Shown here: piece by piece, positions 1-7,698 of the stretch | Numbering within the stretch: the stretch's first letter is position 1 | Layout of the letters: every line of letters begins with the position of its first letter | NCBI GenBank assembly: GCA_044352465.1 | Contig: JBILDU010000071.1 | Coordinates: 1-16,435, forward strand | Length of the DNA stretch: 16,435 nucleotides | Source: Bdellovibrionota bacterium | Lineage (GTDB): Bacteria > Bdellovibrionota_C > UBA2361 | Direction: 5' to 3' | The notes under the pieces: generated by a model | What the model saw: only the letters and a program-made list of their open reading frames with translations | The model's database searches: none | What the model was told of the DNA's origin: nothing | Translations under genes and position numbers: made by a program

Positions 1-1296
1 ATCGGGCCCCATGACCGCGACCTCGGCGGTGGGGTAGGCGAAGTTGATATCACCGCGGATATGCTTCGAACTCATGACGTCGTACGCGCCGCCGTAGGCT
101 TTACGGGTGATCACCGTCACTTTCGGCACCGTTGCTTCGGCATAGGCATAAAGGAGCTTTGCGCCGTGGCGGATGATGCCGCCATGCTCTTGATTCACCC
201 CCGGCAAAAACCCCGGTACATCGACTAAGGTGAGGAGCGGGATGTTGAAAGCGTCACAGAAACGGACGAACCGCGCCGCTTTGATACTAGCGTTGATGTC
301 GAGACATCCCGCGAGAACGTTTGGCTGGTTTGCGACCACTCCGACCGAGTATCCGTCCAGGCGAATAAACCCCACGATGATGTTCTGGGCAAAGAGCGGT
401 TGGATCTCAAAAAACCTGCCTCCGTCAGCGATGAGAGAGATCAGGCGCCGCATGTCGTACGGTTGATTCGGAGAATCAGGGACGAGGGTATCGAGATCGG
501 TTTCCTCACGCGCCGGCAGATCGCCGCACAGGACCCGTGGAGCCTCAGCGAGGTTGTTGAGGGGAAGATATCCCAAAAGCTCCCGACAGGTCGCGATACA
601 CATCTCGTCACTCGGGCTGACGAGGTGCGCCACACCGGAGACCCCATTATGGGTCATCGCCCCGCCTAAATCCTCCTTGGTCACATCCTCGTGCGTCACG
701 GTCTTTATCACATCGGGGCCAGTGATAAACATGTGGCTCTTGCCTTCGACCATGAGTATGAAATCGGTGATGGCTGGTGAGTACACCGCACCACCCGCAC
801 ACGGGCCCATGACAAGGGAGATCTGCGGGATGACCCCCGAGCACATCACGTTACGCAGGAATATATCCGCGTAACCGCCGAGGCTCTCGACTCCCTCTTG
901 GATGCGCGCGCCGCCTGAGTCGTTAAGCCCGATGACCGGGCATCCGGTGCTTGCTGCAAGATCCATGACCTTGCAGATCTTTTTGGCGTGGTAGGCAGCG
1001 AGTGAGCCACCGAAAACGGTGAAATCTTGGGCAAACACGAATACGTTACGGCCATCAATGTGTCCCGAGCCGGTCACGACTCCATCGCCGTAGAACTTCT
1101 TCTCCTTGAGACCGAAGTTCTCTGACTTGTGGGTAACGAATTTATCCAGCTCGTTAAAGCTCCCCGGATCGAGGAGCCGCGCGATTCGTTCGCGTGCGGT
1201 GAGTTTCCCCGCTTCGTGTTGCTTCGTTATCTTTTCTTGCCCGCCACCGAGTTCGGCGAGTTCGTTGCGGCGTTTGAGTTCATCGAGAGCTGACAT
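1..1296 (-). CDS. pccB: Acyl-CoA (propionyl-CoA) carboxylase beta / carboxyltransferase subunit; 3' end runs off the window
   Basis: Not in the ORF track because it has no stop in the window. Manual translation from ATG at 1296-1294: [38 protein letters not shown]...GDGVVTG...QDFTVFGGS...[11 protein letters not shown]...[16 protein letters not shown]...[13 protein letters not shown]...[25 protein letters not shown]...RKAYGGAY. These are typical carboxyl_trans motifs; 432 codons are open to base 1. Confidence 0.93.
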   Translation of the reverse strand, partial: MSALDELKRRNELAELGGGQEKITKQHEAGKLTARERIARLLDPGSFNELDKFVTHKSENFGLKEKKFYGDGVVTGSGHIDGRNVFVFAQDFTVFGGSLAAYHAKKICKVMDLAASTGCPVIGLNDSGGARIQEGVESLGGYADIFLRNVMCSGVIPQISLVMGPCAGGAVYSPAITDFILMVEGKSHMFITGPDVIKTVTHEDVTKEDLGGAMTHNGVSGVAHLVSPSDEMCIATCRELLGYLPLNNLAEAPRVLCGDLPAREETDLDTLVPDSPNQPYDMRRLISLIADGGRFFEIQPLFAQNIIVGFIRLDGYSVGVVANQPNVLAGCLDINASIKAARFVRFCDAFNIPLLTLVDVPGFLPGVNQEHGGIIRHGAKLLYAYAEATVPKVTVITRKAYGGAYDVMSSKHIRGDINFAYPTAEVAVMGPD

Positions 1297-1305
1297 ACGC
1301 GCCGA

Positions 1306-1335
1306 AGTTTAATGATAACCGTTGAACGATGTCAA
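1306..1335 (-). promoter_or_regulatory. Putative sigma70-type promoter for pccB
   Basis: Minus strand TTGACA (1335-1330), 18-nt spacer, TAAACT (1311-1306), 9 nt before the ATG. Confidence 0.55.
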
Positions 1336-1458
1336 CGAGTTAGAGAGTCTCCTCAAATGGTCAGATAGTGGATCCTGCGGGCCCGGCCCGGCAGGAGTCG
1401 TCGTGGAGTGTCGGGGTTAATTGACGAGTCAAAGGGGAGTTCCGTGAGCGGCGACCGG

Positions 1459-1467
1459 TGGTATAGT
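1459..1467 (+). promoter_or_regulatory. Putative extended -10 promoter for the mutase gene
   Basis: TGgTATAGT (TGn plus -10 hexamer at 1462-1467), 11 nt upstream of ATG 1479; no convincing -35 at canonical spacing. Confidence 0.45.
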
Positions 1468-1478
1468 CCCCTTACTTT

Positions 1479-3065
1479 ATGGCGCCTCAAGAGAGAAAAA
1501 CGACATTCATCACCCCCTCTGAGCACGAGGTGGGACGGTTCTATTCCTCAAGCGACGTTGGGGCCCCAGAGCCTCCACCGGGGACGTTCCCCTTTACCCG
1601 GGGCATTCACGACACGATGTACCGGGGACGTCTTTGGACGATGCGTCAGTATGCCGGCTTCGGTACGGCGGCTGAGGCAAACGCGCGCTACCATTATCTT
1701 CTGAGGCAAGGGACCACAGGACTCTCGGTCGCCTTCGATCTTCCGACCCAGATGGGGCGAGATAGCGATCATCCGCTGGCGCGTGGAGAGGTCGGTAAGG
1801 TTGGTGTTGCCATCAGTTCGGTTGACGATATGGCGGTGCTTTTAAAGGATATCCCCCTCGCCGATGTCTCGATCTCGATGACGATTAACGCGACGGCCTC
1901 GATCTTGTTGGCTTTTCTTCTCGTCGTTGCTGAAGAGCAGGGCGTGCCATGGAGCTCCCTGAACGGGACGATTCAGAACGATATCCTCAAGGAGTATATC
2001 GCCCGGGGGACCTATATTTACCCTCCGGCTCCGGCGCTACGGATCGTGACCGATATCTTTGGGTTTTGTAGCGCTGAGGTGCCACAGTGGAATACGATCA
2101 GCATCTCCGGGTACCACATCCGCGAGGCGGGTAGCACCGCCGATCAGGAGATCGCATTTACCTTAGCTGATGGCATCGCCTACGTTGAAGCGGCGGTCAA
2201 AGCGGGGCTCGCCGTGGATGATTTTGCTCCACGGCTCGCCTTCTTTTTTAACTGTCACAACGATTTCCTGGAGGAGATCGCCAAGTTTCGGGCGGCTCGG
2301 CGGATGTGGGCGCGGATTATGCGTGATCGCTTCGGGGCGCAGAATCCTAAATCGCACATGCTCCGTTTTCACACCCAAACGGCGGGAAGTTCGCTCACCG
2401 CTCAGCAGCCACTGAATAATATCGTGCGCACAACGGTGCAGGCGCTTGCGGCTGTTCTGGGAGGTACTCAATCGCTCCACACGAATTCTTTTGACGAGGC
2501 GCTCGGTCTTCCGACCGAGGAGAGCGCGACGATCGCGCTGCGGACCCAGCAGGTCATCGCTCACGAATCGGGGGTGGCCTCAGCTGCCGATCCGTTCGGG
2601 GGCTCGTACCTTATCGAAGCGTGGACCGATCGATTAGAGGCGCTCGCGACAAAGCGGCTTGAGTATATCGAGACGGTTGGCGGGATGGTCCGAGCGATCG
2701 AGCAGGGATACCCACAGCGCGAGATCGAGAAAGCGGCTTACGCGTATCAACAGCGAATCGAGTCGAAGGAGCAGATTATCGTCGGGATGAATGAATTCCA
2801 TGCCGCGGAGGAGACGGCTCCACCGATAATGAAGATGGATCCACAGGGGGAAGAGGAGCAGAAAACGCGCCTGCGAGCGCTCCGTGCTGCTCGGGACGGC
2901 GGGGGCGCCACGACGGCGCTCGAGGCGATTCGGCGCGCCGCGCGAGAGGGGTCCAACCTGATGCCCGTCATCGTCGCCGCAGCACGCCGGCGGGTTACCC
3001 TCGGGGAGATCGCTGACGTTTTACGGGAAGAGTTCGGCGAGTACCGCGAGCAGGCGGGATTTTAA
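1479..3065 (+). CDS. mcmA: Methylmalonyl-CoA mutase, catalytic (TIM-barrel) large subunit of a split enzyme; no B12-binding domain
   Basis: 528 aa with [76 protein letters not shown] and C-terminal [14 protein letters not shown]; no DxHxxG motif. Confidence 0.93.
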   Translation: MAPQERKTTFITPSEHEVGRFYSSSDVGAPEPPPGTFPFTRGIHDTMYRGRLWTMRQYAGFGTAAEANARYHYLLRQGTTGLSVAFDLPTQMGRDSDHPLARGEVGKVGVAISSVDDMAVLLKDIPLADVSISMTINATASILLAFLLVVAEEQGVPWSSLNGTIQNDILKEYIARGTYIYPPAPALRIVTDIFGFCSAEVPQWNTISISGYHIREAGSTADQEIAFTLADGIAYVEAAVKAGLAVDDFAPRLAFFFNCHNDFLEEIAKFRAARRMWARIMRDRFGAQNPKSHMLRFHTQTAGSSLTAQQPLNNIVRTTVQALAAVLGGTQSLHTNSFDEALGLPTEESATIALRTQQVIAHESGVASAADPFGGSYLIEAWTDRLEALATKRLEYIETVGGMVRAIEQGYPQREIEKAAYAYQQRIESKEQIIVGMNEFHAAEETAPPIMKMDPQGEEEQKTRLRALRAARDGGGATTALEAIRRAAREGSNLMPVIVAAARRRVTLGEIADVLREEFGEYREQAGF

Positions 3066-3245
3066 AGGCGCCGGCAGAAAAAACGTTGGCCCCGAGGACT
3101 TTCCTCAAGCTGCTGTTCCGCCTCATGAAAAGAGAAACGGGCGATCGGGGTAAGGCTCTTCTGAGGGGATTTTATCCGCCCGCATTGTTTTTCATTGTAT
3201 ACTTTTCGTTCGATGGTGTAGATTCGCGCGCCTTAATTTTGTCGG

Positions 3246-3274
3246 TTGACAAAACCACTTCAAGGCTTTGAAGT
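3246..3274 (+). promoter_or_regulatory. Putative dksA promoter overlapped by an inverted repeat
   Basis: Perfect TTGACA at 3246-3251; weak -10 (TGAAGT, 3269-3274) at 17-nt spacing; ACTTCAA-ggct-TTGAAGT at 3257-3274. Confidence 0.4.
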
Positions 3275-3322
3275 TGGGTGGCTACAGGCAGGGGCAATCC
3301 CTCACAAGCAAGAAAAGGTCCG

Positions 3323-3742
3323 ATGAAAAAGAAAGAACTCGATACCCTTAAAAGTCTCCTTCTGGAAGAGCGCAAGAAGATTATGCGCCACCTTGAGTCG
3401 CTCAGCGACTCGGCGGAGGAGGATCTTGAGGTAGGCAGTGGCGATTCAGTCGATATCGCCTCCCAGGAGATTAATCAGGCTAACATTCAAAAGATCGGGA
3501 AACGCGAAACGTATCTTCTTAAAAAAATCGATCTGGCGCTCGAAAAAGTCGAAAACGGTACCTACGGCGAATGTGAGTCGTGTGGTGAGGAGATCGCGGT
3601 TGCCCGGCTGATGGCTCGACCGGTAGCGCAGTTGTGTATCGATTGTAAAACCGACCAGGAGAATACCGAGCGTAAGTTCTCTTCGCGTGACCAGGAGGAG
3701 GAGGACGAGGATGGCGGTGTTGAGGAGACTGAGGAGGCTTGA
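3323..3742 (+). CDS. dksA: DksA/TraR C4-type zinc-finger RNA polymerase-binding protein
   Basis: Start taken at ATG 3323 (MKKKELDTLKSLL), after purine-rich AGAAAAGG. Coiled-coil tip DSVDIA matches DxxDxA; GTYGECESCGEEI...RL.ARP.AQLCIDC is the C4 finger. Confidence 0.88.
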   Translation: MKKKELDTLKSLLLEERKKIMRHLESLSDSAEEDLEVGSGDSVDIASQEINQANIQKIGKRETYLLKKIDLALEKVENGTYGECESCGEEIAVARLMARPVAQLCIDCKTDQENTERKFSSRDQEEEDEDGGVEETEEA

Positions 3743-3794
3743 CCCGTTTTTGCTGCGCGCACAGGCGCAGATCGTTGTAACCTCAAATGGTCTC

Positions 3795-3830
3795 AAGAAA
3801 ACGCCCCTCACAGGGCGTTTTTTGTTTTTT
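3795..3830. terminator. Rho-independent terminator, probably bidirectional, between convergent dksA and suhB
   Basis: AAAACGCCC-ctcaca-GGGCGTTTT followed by TTGTTTTTT, with an A-rich run on the 5' side. Confidence 0.8.
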
Positions 3831-3856
3831 CGTAGGATTGGGCCTCAAAGCTACCG

Positions 3857-4732
3857 TCATGGGGGGGGCTCCCGCTGTGGGGTCACGCTTTGGAGGAGAC
3901 GTTGAAAATCCGCAAAGAGAGTTGGCGCAGCGACGACGAGTTCGAATCCGTCGAGGTCGGGGGGGATCGACTGCGCCGTGCTGCGAGGATGAATATGCCC
4001 GGTGGTCGCCCCAGCTTCGCGGGCGATGAGACATCCTGCGGCGATATCCCACGGATTCACCGTTTCATAAAAAGCCTCGATTCTTCCGGCTGCAACCATG
4101 CAGATGTCGAGTGCGGCGGAGCCCAGTCTCCGAATATCTCGGCATGCCTCCAGAACGGTGGTGAGCTGGCGCACAAATAGGGGGATGTCTTCACGGGTAT
4201 AGGGAAATCCGGTTCCGATAAGTGCGCGCTTTAGCGAGCTCGTCGTGCTCACTCGGATCGGGGCGCCATTCAAAAACGCTCCGTGTCCCCGCTGGGCGGT
4301 GAATGTCTCTCCCAGAAAAGGCGCGTGAACGACGCCGAGCTCAACGGTTCCGCTCAGTGCGAAGGCGATTGAGACACCGACCTGATAGTGGCCGTGCACG
4401 AAATTGGTTGTGCCGTCGATGGGGTCGATTACCCACAAAGGCTTTTGGTAGTCGGCTGCAGCGAGTTGAGGGGCGGACTCCTCGGCGAGGATCGTATGGT
4501 CCGGAAACTCCGCTTTAATAGCTTCAACGATGATCTTTTCCGCAGCTACATCTGCGCTCGTCACCAGATCCACATCTGACTTTTTATTCTTAACCTCAAA
4601 GCTCTGTTCCCGCCGAGCTCGGACGATAAGCTCGCCGGCACGGGTCGCCGCTGCCGCTGCAACTATCAGCGCTCGACGAAGATCGACAGTCAGAGGCTCC
4701 GCGGAATTCGTCAGTGATGGGGGAGGCGTCAT
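3857..4732 (-). CDS. suhB: Inositol monophosphatase family protein (SuhB)
   Basis: DLVTSAD..AEKII, ILAEES, WVIDPIDGTTNFVHG, RRLGSAALD, PWDIAAG.LIAREAG. Start placed at ATG 4732 (MTPPPS); the longer track ORF to 5158 overlaps ispE and is not credible. Confidence 0.9.
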   Translation of the reverse strand: MTPPPSLTNSAEPLTVDLRRALIVAAAAATRAGELIVRARREQSFEVKNKKSDVDLVTSADVAAEKIIVEAIKAEFPDHTILAEESAPQLAAADYQKPLWVIDPIDGTTNFVHGHYQVGVSIAFALSGTVELGVVHAPFLGETFTAQRGHGAFLNGAPIRVSTTSSLKRALIGTGFPYTREDIPLFVRQLTTVLEACRDIRRLGSAALDICMVAAGRIEAFYETVNPWDIAAGCLIAREAGATTGHIHPRSTAQSIPPDLDGFELVVAAPTLFADFQRLLQSVTPQREPPP

Positions 4733-4764
4733 ACTCTTTCGATAAATTAATTTCGGTCCGGGGA

Positions 4765-4793
4765 ATGGTAACATGAGAGTGGCGGCTGACCAA
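4765..4793 (-). promoter_or_regulatory. Putative promoter for suhB
   Basis: Minus strand TTGGTC (4793-4788), 17 nt, TACCAT (4770-4765), preceded by TGt (extended -10). Confidence 0.4.
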
Positions 4794-5000
4794 ATGGGCG
4801 CATCGTCGAATCTGCGCGGGGACAAAGCCTGCGCGCGTCGTTCGTCTCGGCACTGTTTTCTCTCAATGAAGAAAAATTGAAGACTCACAAGCACGCCCTC
4901 GAAGAGATCCGTTCGCCTGGAAGCTGCTCCCGTGGATGGAGGAGCAACTGTTTCTTTGTCTTCTTCGCCTCCGGATCCGCGCCCCTGGAGCGGAAATGGT

Positions 5001-5029
5001 TTGCGCCAAAAGGCGGGGTGTTCTACCCT
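5001..5029 (+). promoter_or_regulatory. Putative promoter for ispE
   Basis: TTGCGC (5001-5006), 17 nt, TACCCT (5024-5029), then GC-rich CGCGCC and ATG at 5039. Confidence 0.4.
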
Positions 5030-5038
5030 CGCGCCACA

Positions 5039-5974
5039 ATGGCTCATCAAACCACGCCGATCTTCGACAGCCTGCTTGGCCGCCCCCTTGAGGGCTTTGC
5101 CCCCGCGAAACTCAACCTGACCCTCCAGATCGTGGGGCGTCGGGAGGACGGTTTTCATCTTCTCCAGATGCGCAACGTCCTGCTCGGTTTTGGTGATTCG
5201 GTCACCGTGCGGCTTCAGGCTGAGCCATCGAGCCGATCGGTTGTCGGCTCGACGGAGGGAACGGGGGTGTACCTCCCCGATGATTTTAGCGATGTCGGGC
5301 TAAATCTCGCCTCTCGCGCGGCGGATCGATTACTGCGAGCGCTCGGCGTCCCGCTTGGATTCGAGATTACCATAGTAAAGCGGATCCCCTCAGGGGCGGG
5401 ACTTGGCGGAGGAAGTAGCGATGCGGCGACCGTTCTCAAGCTTCTGGCGGATGCCCTACGTCCCTACGGAGCTCTCTCGAGCTCTGAGCTCACCTCGATT
5501 GCGCTGGGGCTTGGTGCCGATGTCCCGTTTTTTTTGTTGGGTCAGAGCGCCATCGTCGGGGGGGTCGGCGAGATCGTCGAGCCGTGCTCTGAGACGGGGC
5601 TCCAGGGGAGTGAGTGCTTGGTGGTCCTTCCTCCAGCGGCGGTTCCTACCCCACAGGCGTATGCGCTTTTCCGCGCAGCTCATGCTGTGATCGAGGAGCG
5701 CCGGGCCCCGGAAGCTCTCTTGGGCGGATGGGGGCCGCCGGAGACTCTGGTGAGGAACGACCTCGAGGAGGTTGTTGGTATTGCTTTTCCTGTGGTTCGG
5801 CAGGTTCTTGGGCGGCTGCGTTCTGTCGACGGGGTGGTCGCCGGGATGACCGGGAGTGGCAGCGCGCTTTTTTGCCTTCCGCGCGTGGGCGGGGTGTTCC
5901 CGCAGGGGGTGCCCGAGCAGATCGCCGCGGCGGCAGGTTGCCCGATAGTCCGCACCAAGATCTTAAACTCTTAA
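5039..5974 (+). CDS. ispE: 4-diphosphocytidyl-2-C-methyl-D-erythritol kinase
   Basis: APAKLNLTL.IVGRREDGFH, KRIPSGAGLGGGSSDAA (GHMP ATP loop), LGADVPFF, NDLE, MTGSGS; usual position before tRNA-Gln/prs. Start taken at ATG 5039. Confidence 0.93.
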   Translation: MAHQTTPIFDSLLGRPLEGFAPAKLNLTLQIVGRREDGFHLLQMRNVLLGFGDSVTVRLQAEPSSRSVVGSTEGTGVYLPDDFSDVGLNLASRAADRLLRALGVPLGFEITIVKRIPSGAGLGGGSSDAATVLKLLADALRPYGALSSSELTSIALGLGADVPFFLLGQSAIVGGVGEIVEPCSETGLQGSECLVVLPPAAVPTPQAYALFRAAHAVIEERRAPEALLGGWGPPETLVRNDLEEVVGIAFPVVRQVLGRLRSVDGVVAGMTGSGSALFCLPRVGGVFPQGVPEQIAAAAGCPIVRTKILNS

Positions 5975-5980
5975 GACTAA

Positions 5981-6009
5981 TTGCTTTTTCAAGTGAGCAT
6001 CGGTATCGT
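5981..6009 (+). promoter_or_regulatory. Putative promoter for tRNA-Gln/prs
   Basis: TTGCTT (5981-5986), 17 nt, TATCGT (6004-6009). Confidence 0.45.
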
Positions 6010-6046
6010 AGAAAGACGTTGAGGACACATCTCATCATGTGATTGT

Positions 6047-6118
6047 TGGCCGGTCGCCAAGTGGTAAGGCCCCGGACTTTGACTCCGGTATTCGTAGGTT
6101 CGAATCCTACCCGGCCAG
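6047..6118 (+). tRNA. tRNA-Gln (anticodon TTG), CCA not encoded
   Basis: Acceptor stem TGGCCGG/CCGGCCA, D arm GCC-AAGTGGTAA-GGC, anticodon stem CCGGA/TCCGG with loop CT-TTG-AC (anticodon 6079-6081), T arm GTAGG-TTCGAAT-CCTAC, discriminator G6118. Confidence 0.97.
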
Positions 6119-6258
6119 CACCTTTTTCCTCTCGCGCGCTTTGTGCCCTTGGGTGTGTTTATACCCTCGGGAGTGGCCGTATTCTCAGGGGGGACGGTGC
6201 CGTTTGAGGGCGCTGTCTCGTGGGGGGTGTGGTACTCCCGACCATTTTGGAGGTATCG

Positions 6259-7203
6259 GTGGCTCGTCAGCTCCTCGTCTTTTCTGGTCGCGCGAATCCG
6301 CGCTTCACAGCCGCGGTTTCTGAAGATCTGCACACTGAATTAGGTCGGCTTGAGACAGTTCGGTTTAGTGACGGCGAACTCTCCGTTGAAATCGGCGACA
6401 ATGTGCGGGGCCGCGATGTCTACATCGTTCAAAGCACCTCCCAGCCGGGCAACGATCATCTGATGGAGCTTTTCATCATCTTGGATGCGCTGAAGCGGGC
6501 GTCGGCTTGGCGCATCACCGCGGTGATTCCGTACTTTGGTTACGCTCGCCAGGATCGAAAGCTCAAGGCGCGCGTACCGATTACCGCGAAGCTTGTGGCA
6601 GATCTCGTCACGGCAGCTGGTGCCAATCGGATTTTGACCATGGACCTCCATGCCGGGCAGATAGTGGGTTTCTTTAATATCCCGGTCGATAATCTGAACG
6701 CATTGCCGGTTCTGTATCCTTACATCCGGGATAAATACGGTGGCGAAGATCTCACGATCGTCTCGCCTGATAGTGGAGGCGTGGAGCGGGCGCGTCTCTT
6801 AGCCACCCGCCTTGACAACGCTGCAATAGCGATTATCGACAAACGACGCGCCGGTCCCAACCACGTCGCCGAGATGAAGGTGGTCGGTGATGTACGTGAG
6901 AAGACGTGCATCATCGTCGACGACATGATCGACACCGGTGGCACCATCGTGAAAGCGGCAGAGACTCTTTTGAAGCAAGGGGCGAAACGTGTGCTCGCCT
7001 CGTGCGTCCATCCCGTTTTCTCGGGAAATGCTCTTGAGATCCTGCACAACTCTCCGCTGGAAGAGGTGATTGTCACCGATACGATTCCGGTGTCGAAAAC
7101 CCCTCAGGCGTCGAAGGTCACGGTTTTGTCGGTAGCTCCCCTGTTTGGAGAGGCGATCCGGCGAATCCATGGGGACGACTCTATCAGCAGCCTCTTTCGC
7201 TAG
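6259..7203 (+). CDS. prs: Ribose-phosphate pyrophosphokinase (PRPP synthetase)
   Basis: GGAGGT SD at 6249-6254, then GTG 6259; FSDGE, PYFGYARQDRK, DLHAGQI.GFF, VSPDSGG, IDKRR, IVDDMIDTGGT. Confidence 0.96.
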   Translation: MARQLLVFSGRANPRFTAAVSEDLHTELGRLETVRFSDGELSVEIGDNVRGRDVYIVQSTSQPGNDHLMELFIILDALKRASAWRITAVIPYFGYARQDRKLKARVPITAKLVADLVTAAGANRILTMDLHAGQIVGFFNIPVDNLNALPVLYPYIRDKYGGEDLTIVSPDSGGVERARLLATRLDNAAIAIIDKRRAGPNHVAEMKVVGDVREKTCIIVDDMIDTGGTIVKAAETLLKQGAKRVLASCVHPVFSGNALEILHNSPLEEVIVTDTIPVSKTPQASKVTVLSVAPLFGEAIRRIHGDDSISSLFR

Positions 7204-7247
7204 TGACACTCTTAGAAAGATTTTTCACTTGCTGAAAGAGTCACTAT

Positions 7248-7280
7248 GCCGGCCAGGGATGGCCGGCCAGGGATGGCCGG
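7248..7280 (+). repeat. Tandem 14-bp repeat (GCCGGCCAGGGATG x2 plus partial copy) forming GGGA-loop hairpins
   Basis: Units at 7248-7261 and 7262-7275, partial GCCGG at 7276-7280; GCCGGCCA-GGGA-TGGCCGGC is a perfect 8-bp stem. Confidence 0.8.
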
Positions 7281-7698
7281 GCAGCCGCCGTAGCGGAGCA
7301 AAGGGGGGCTGGAGCGATGCGTATCTCCTTGAACGAACTCTGTCGTCGGCATACGAACCGACCTTGAAATTCAAACTTCGAGTTGCGTCTCTGCCGTCCT
7401 TGGGCGTTGGCTGCGGTGTGGTTTGTTTACCCTTCGGCAGTCGGTGGGGTGGGAAAGTGTGATTGTTTTCGATTGGTTGGCTCTTTTGGGCGAGAAAGTG
7501 CACGGCATATCGCAGCTCGCCTCTTGGGGCGGTGTTTCTCGTGCCCACTACTTTACCTTGCTACCAAATTGTGATTTATTACTGCGCTCTTACGCACGCG
7601 ATCGTGATGATCTCTTCCGGCGCTTTTTAGGCTTCGGTCAGCAGATTTTTGTTCGCTGAAAAAATTTGTTTCGTCGATTTTGCAACGAGGTAATTGCC

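Noticed and set aside
3096..3106. Minus-strand GAGGAAAGTCC, the RNase P RNA signature
   Set aside because: It is not followed by the expected GGRCUCC, and a full rnpB would run about 300 nt antisense into the mutase CDS. It is better explained as part of a local hairpin.
3278..3322. Upstream GTG start extending DksA to 154 aa
   Set aside because: It lies at the putative transcription start; ATG 3323 has a purine-rich RBS and a normal DksA N-terminus.
4733..5158. N-terminal extensions of the track ORFs for suhB (433 aa) and ispE (365 aa), suggesting overlapping divergent genes
   Set aside because: The extensions have no family motifs and cover the divergent promoter region; they are open by chance in GC-rich DNA.
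5989..6343. ORFs across the tRNA-Gln region
   Set aside because: They overlap a well-formed tRNA and the prs start.
7145..7659. Short ORFs (63-107 aa) in the prs-rplY spacer
   Set aside because: No recognisable motifs or convincing SD; they overlap each other on both strands.
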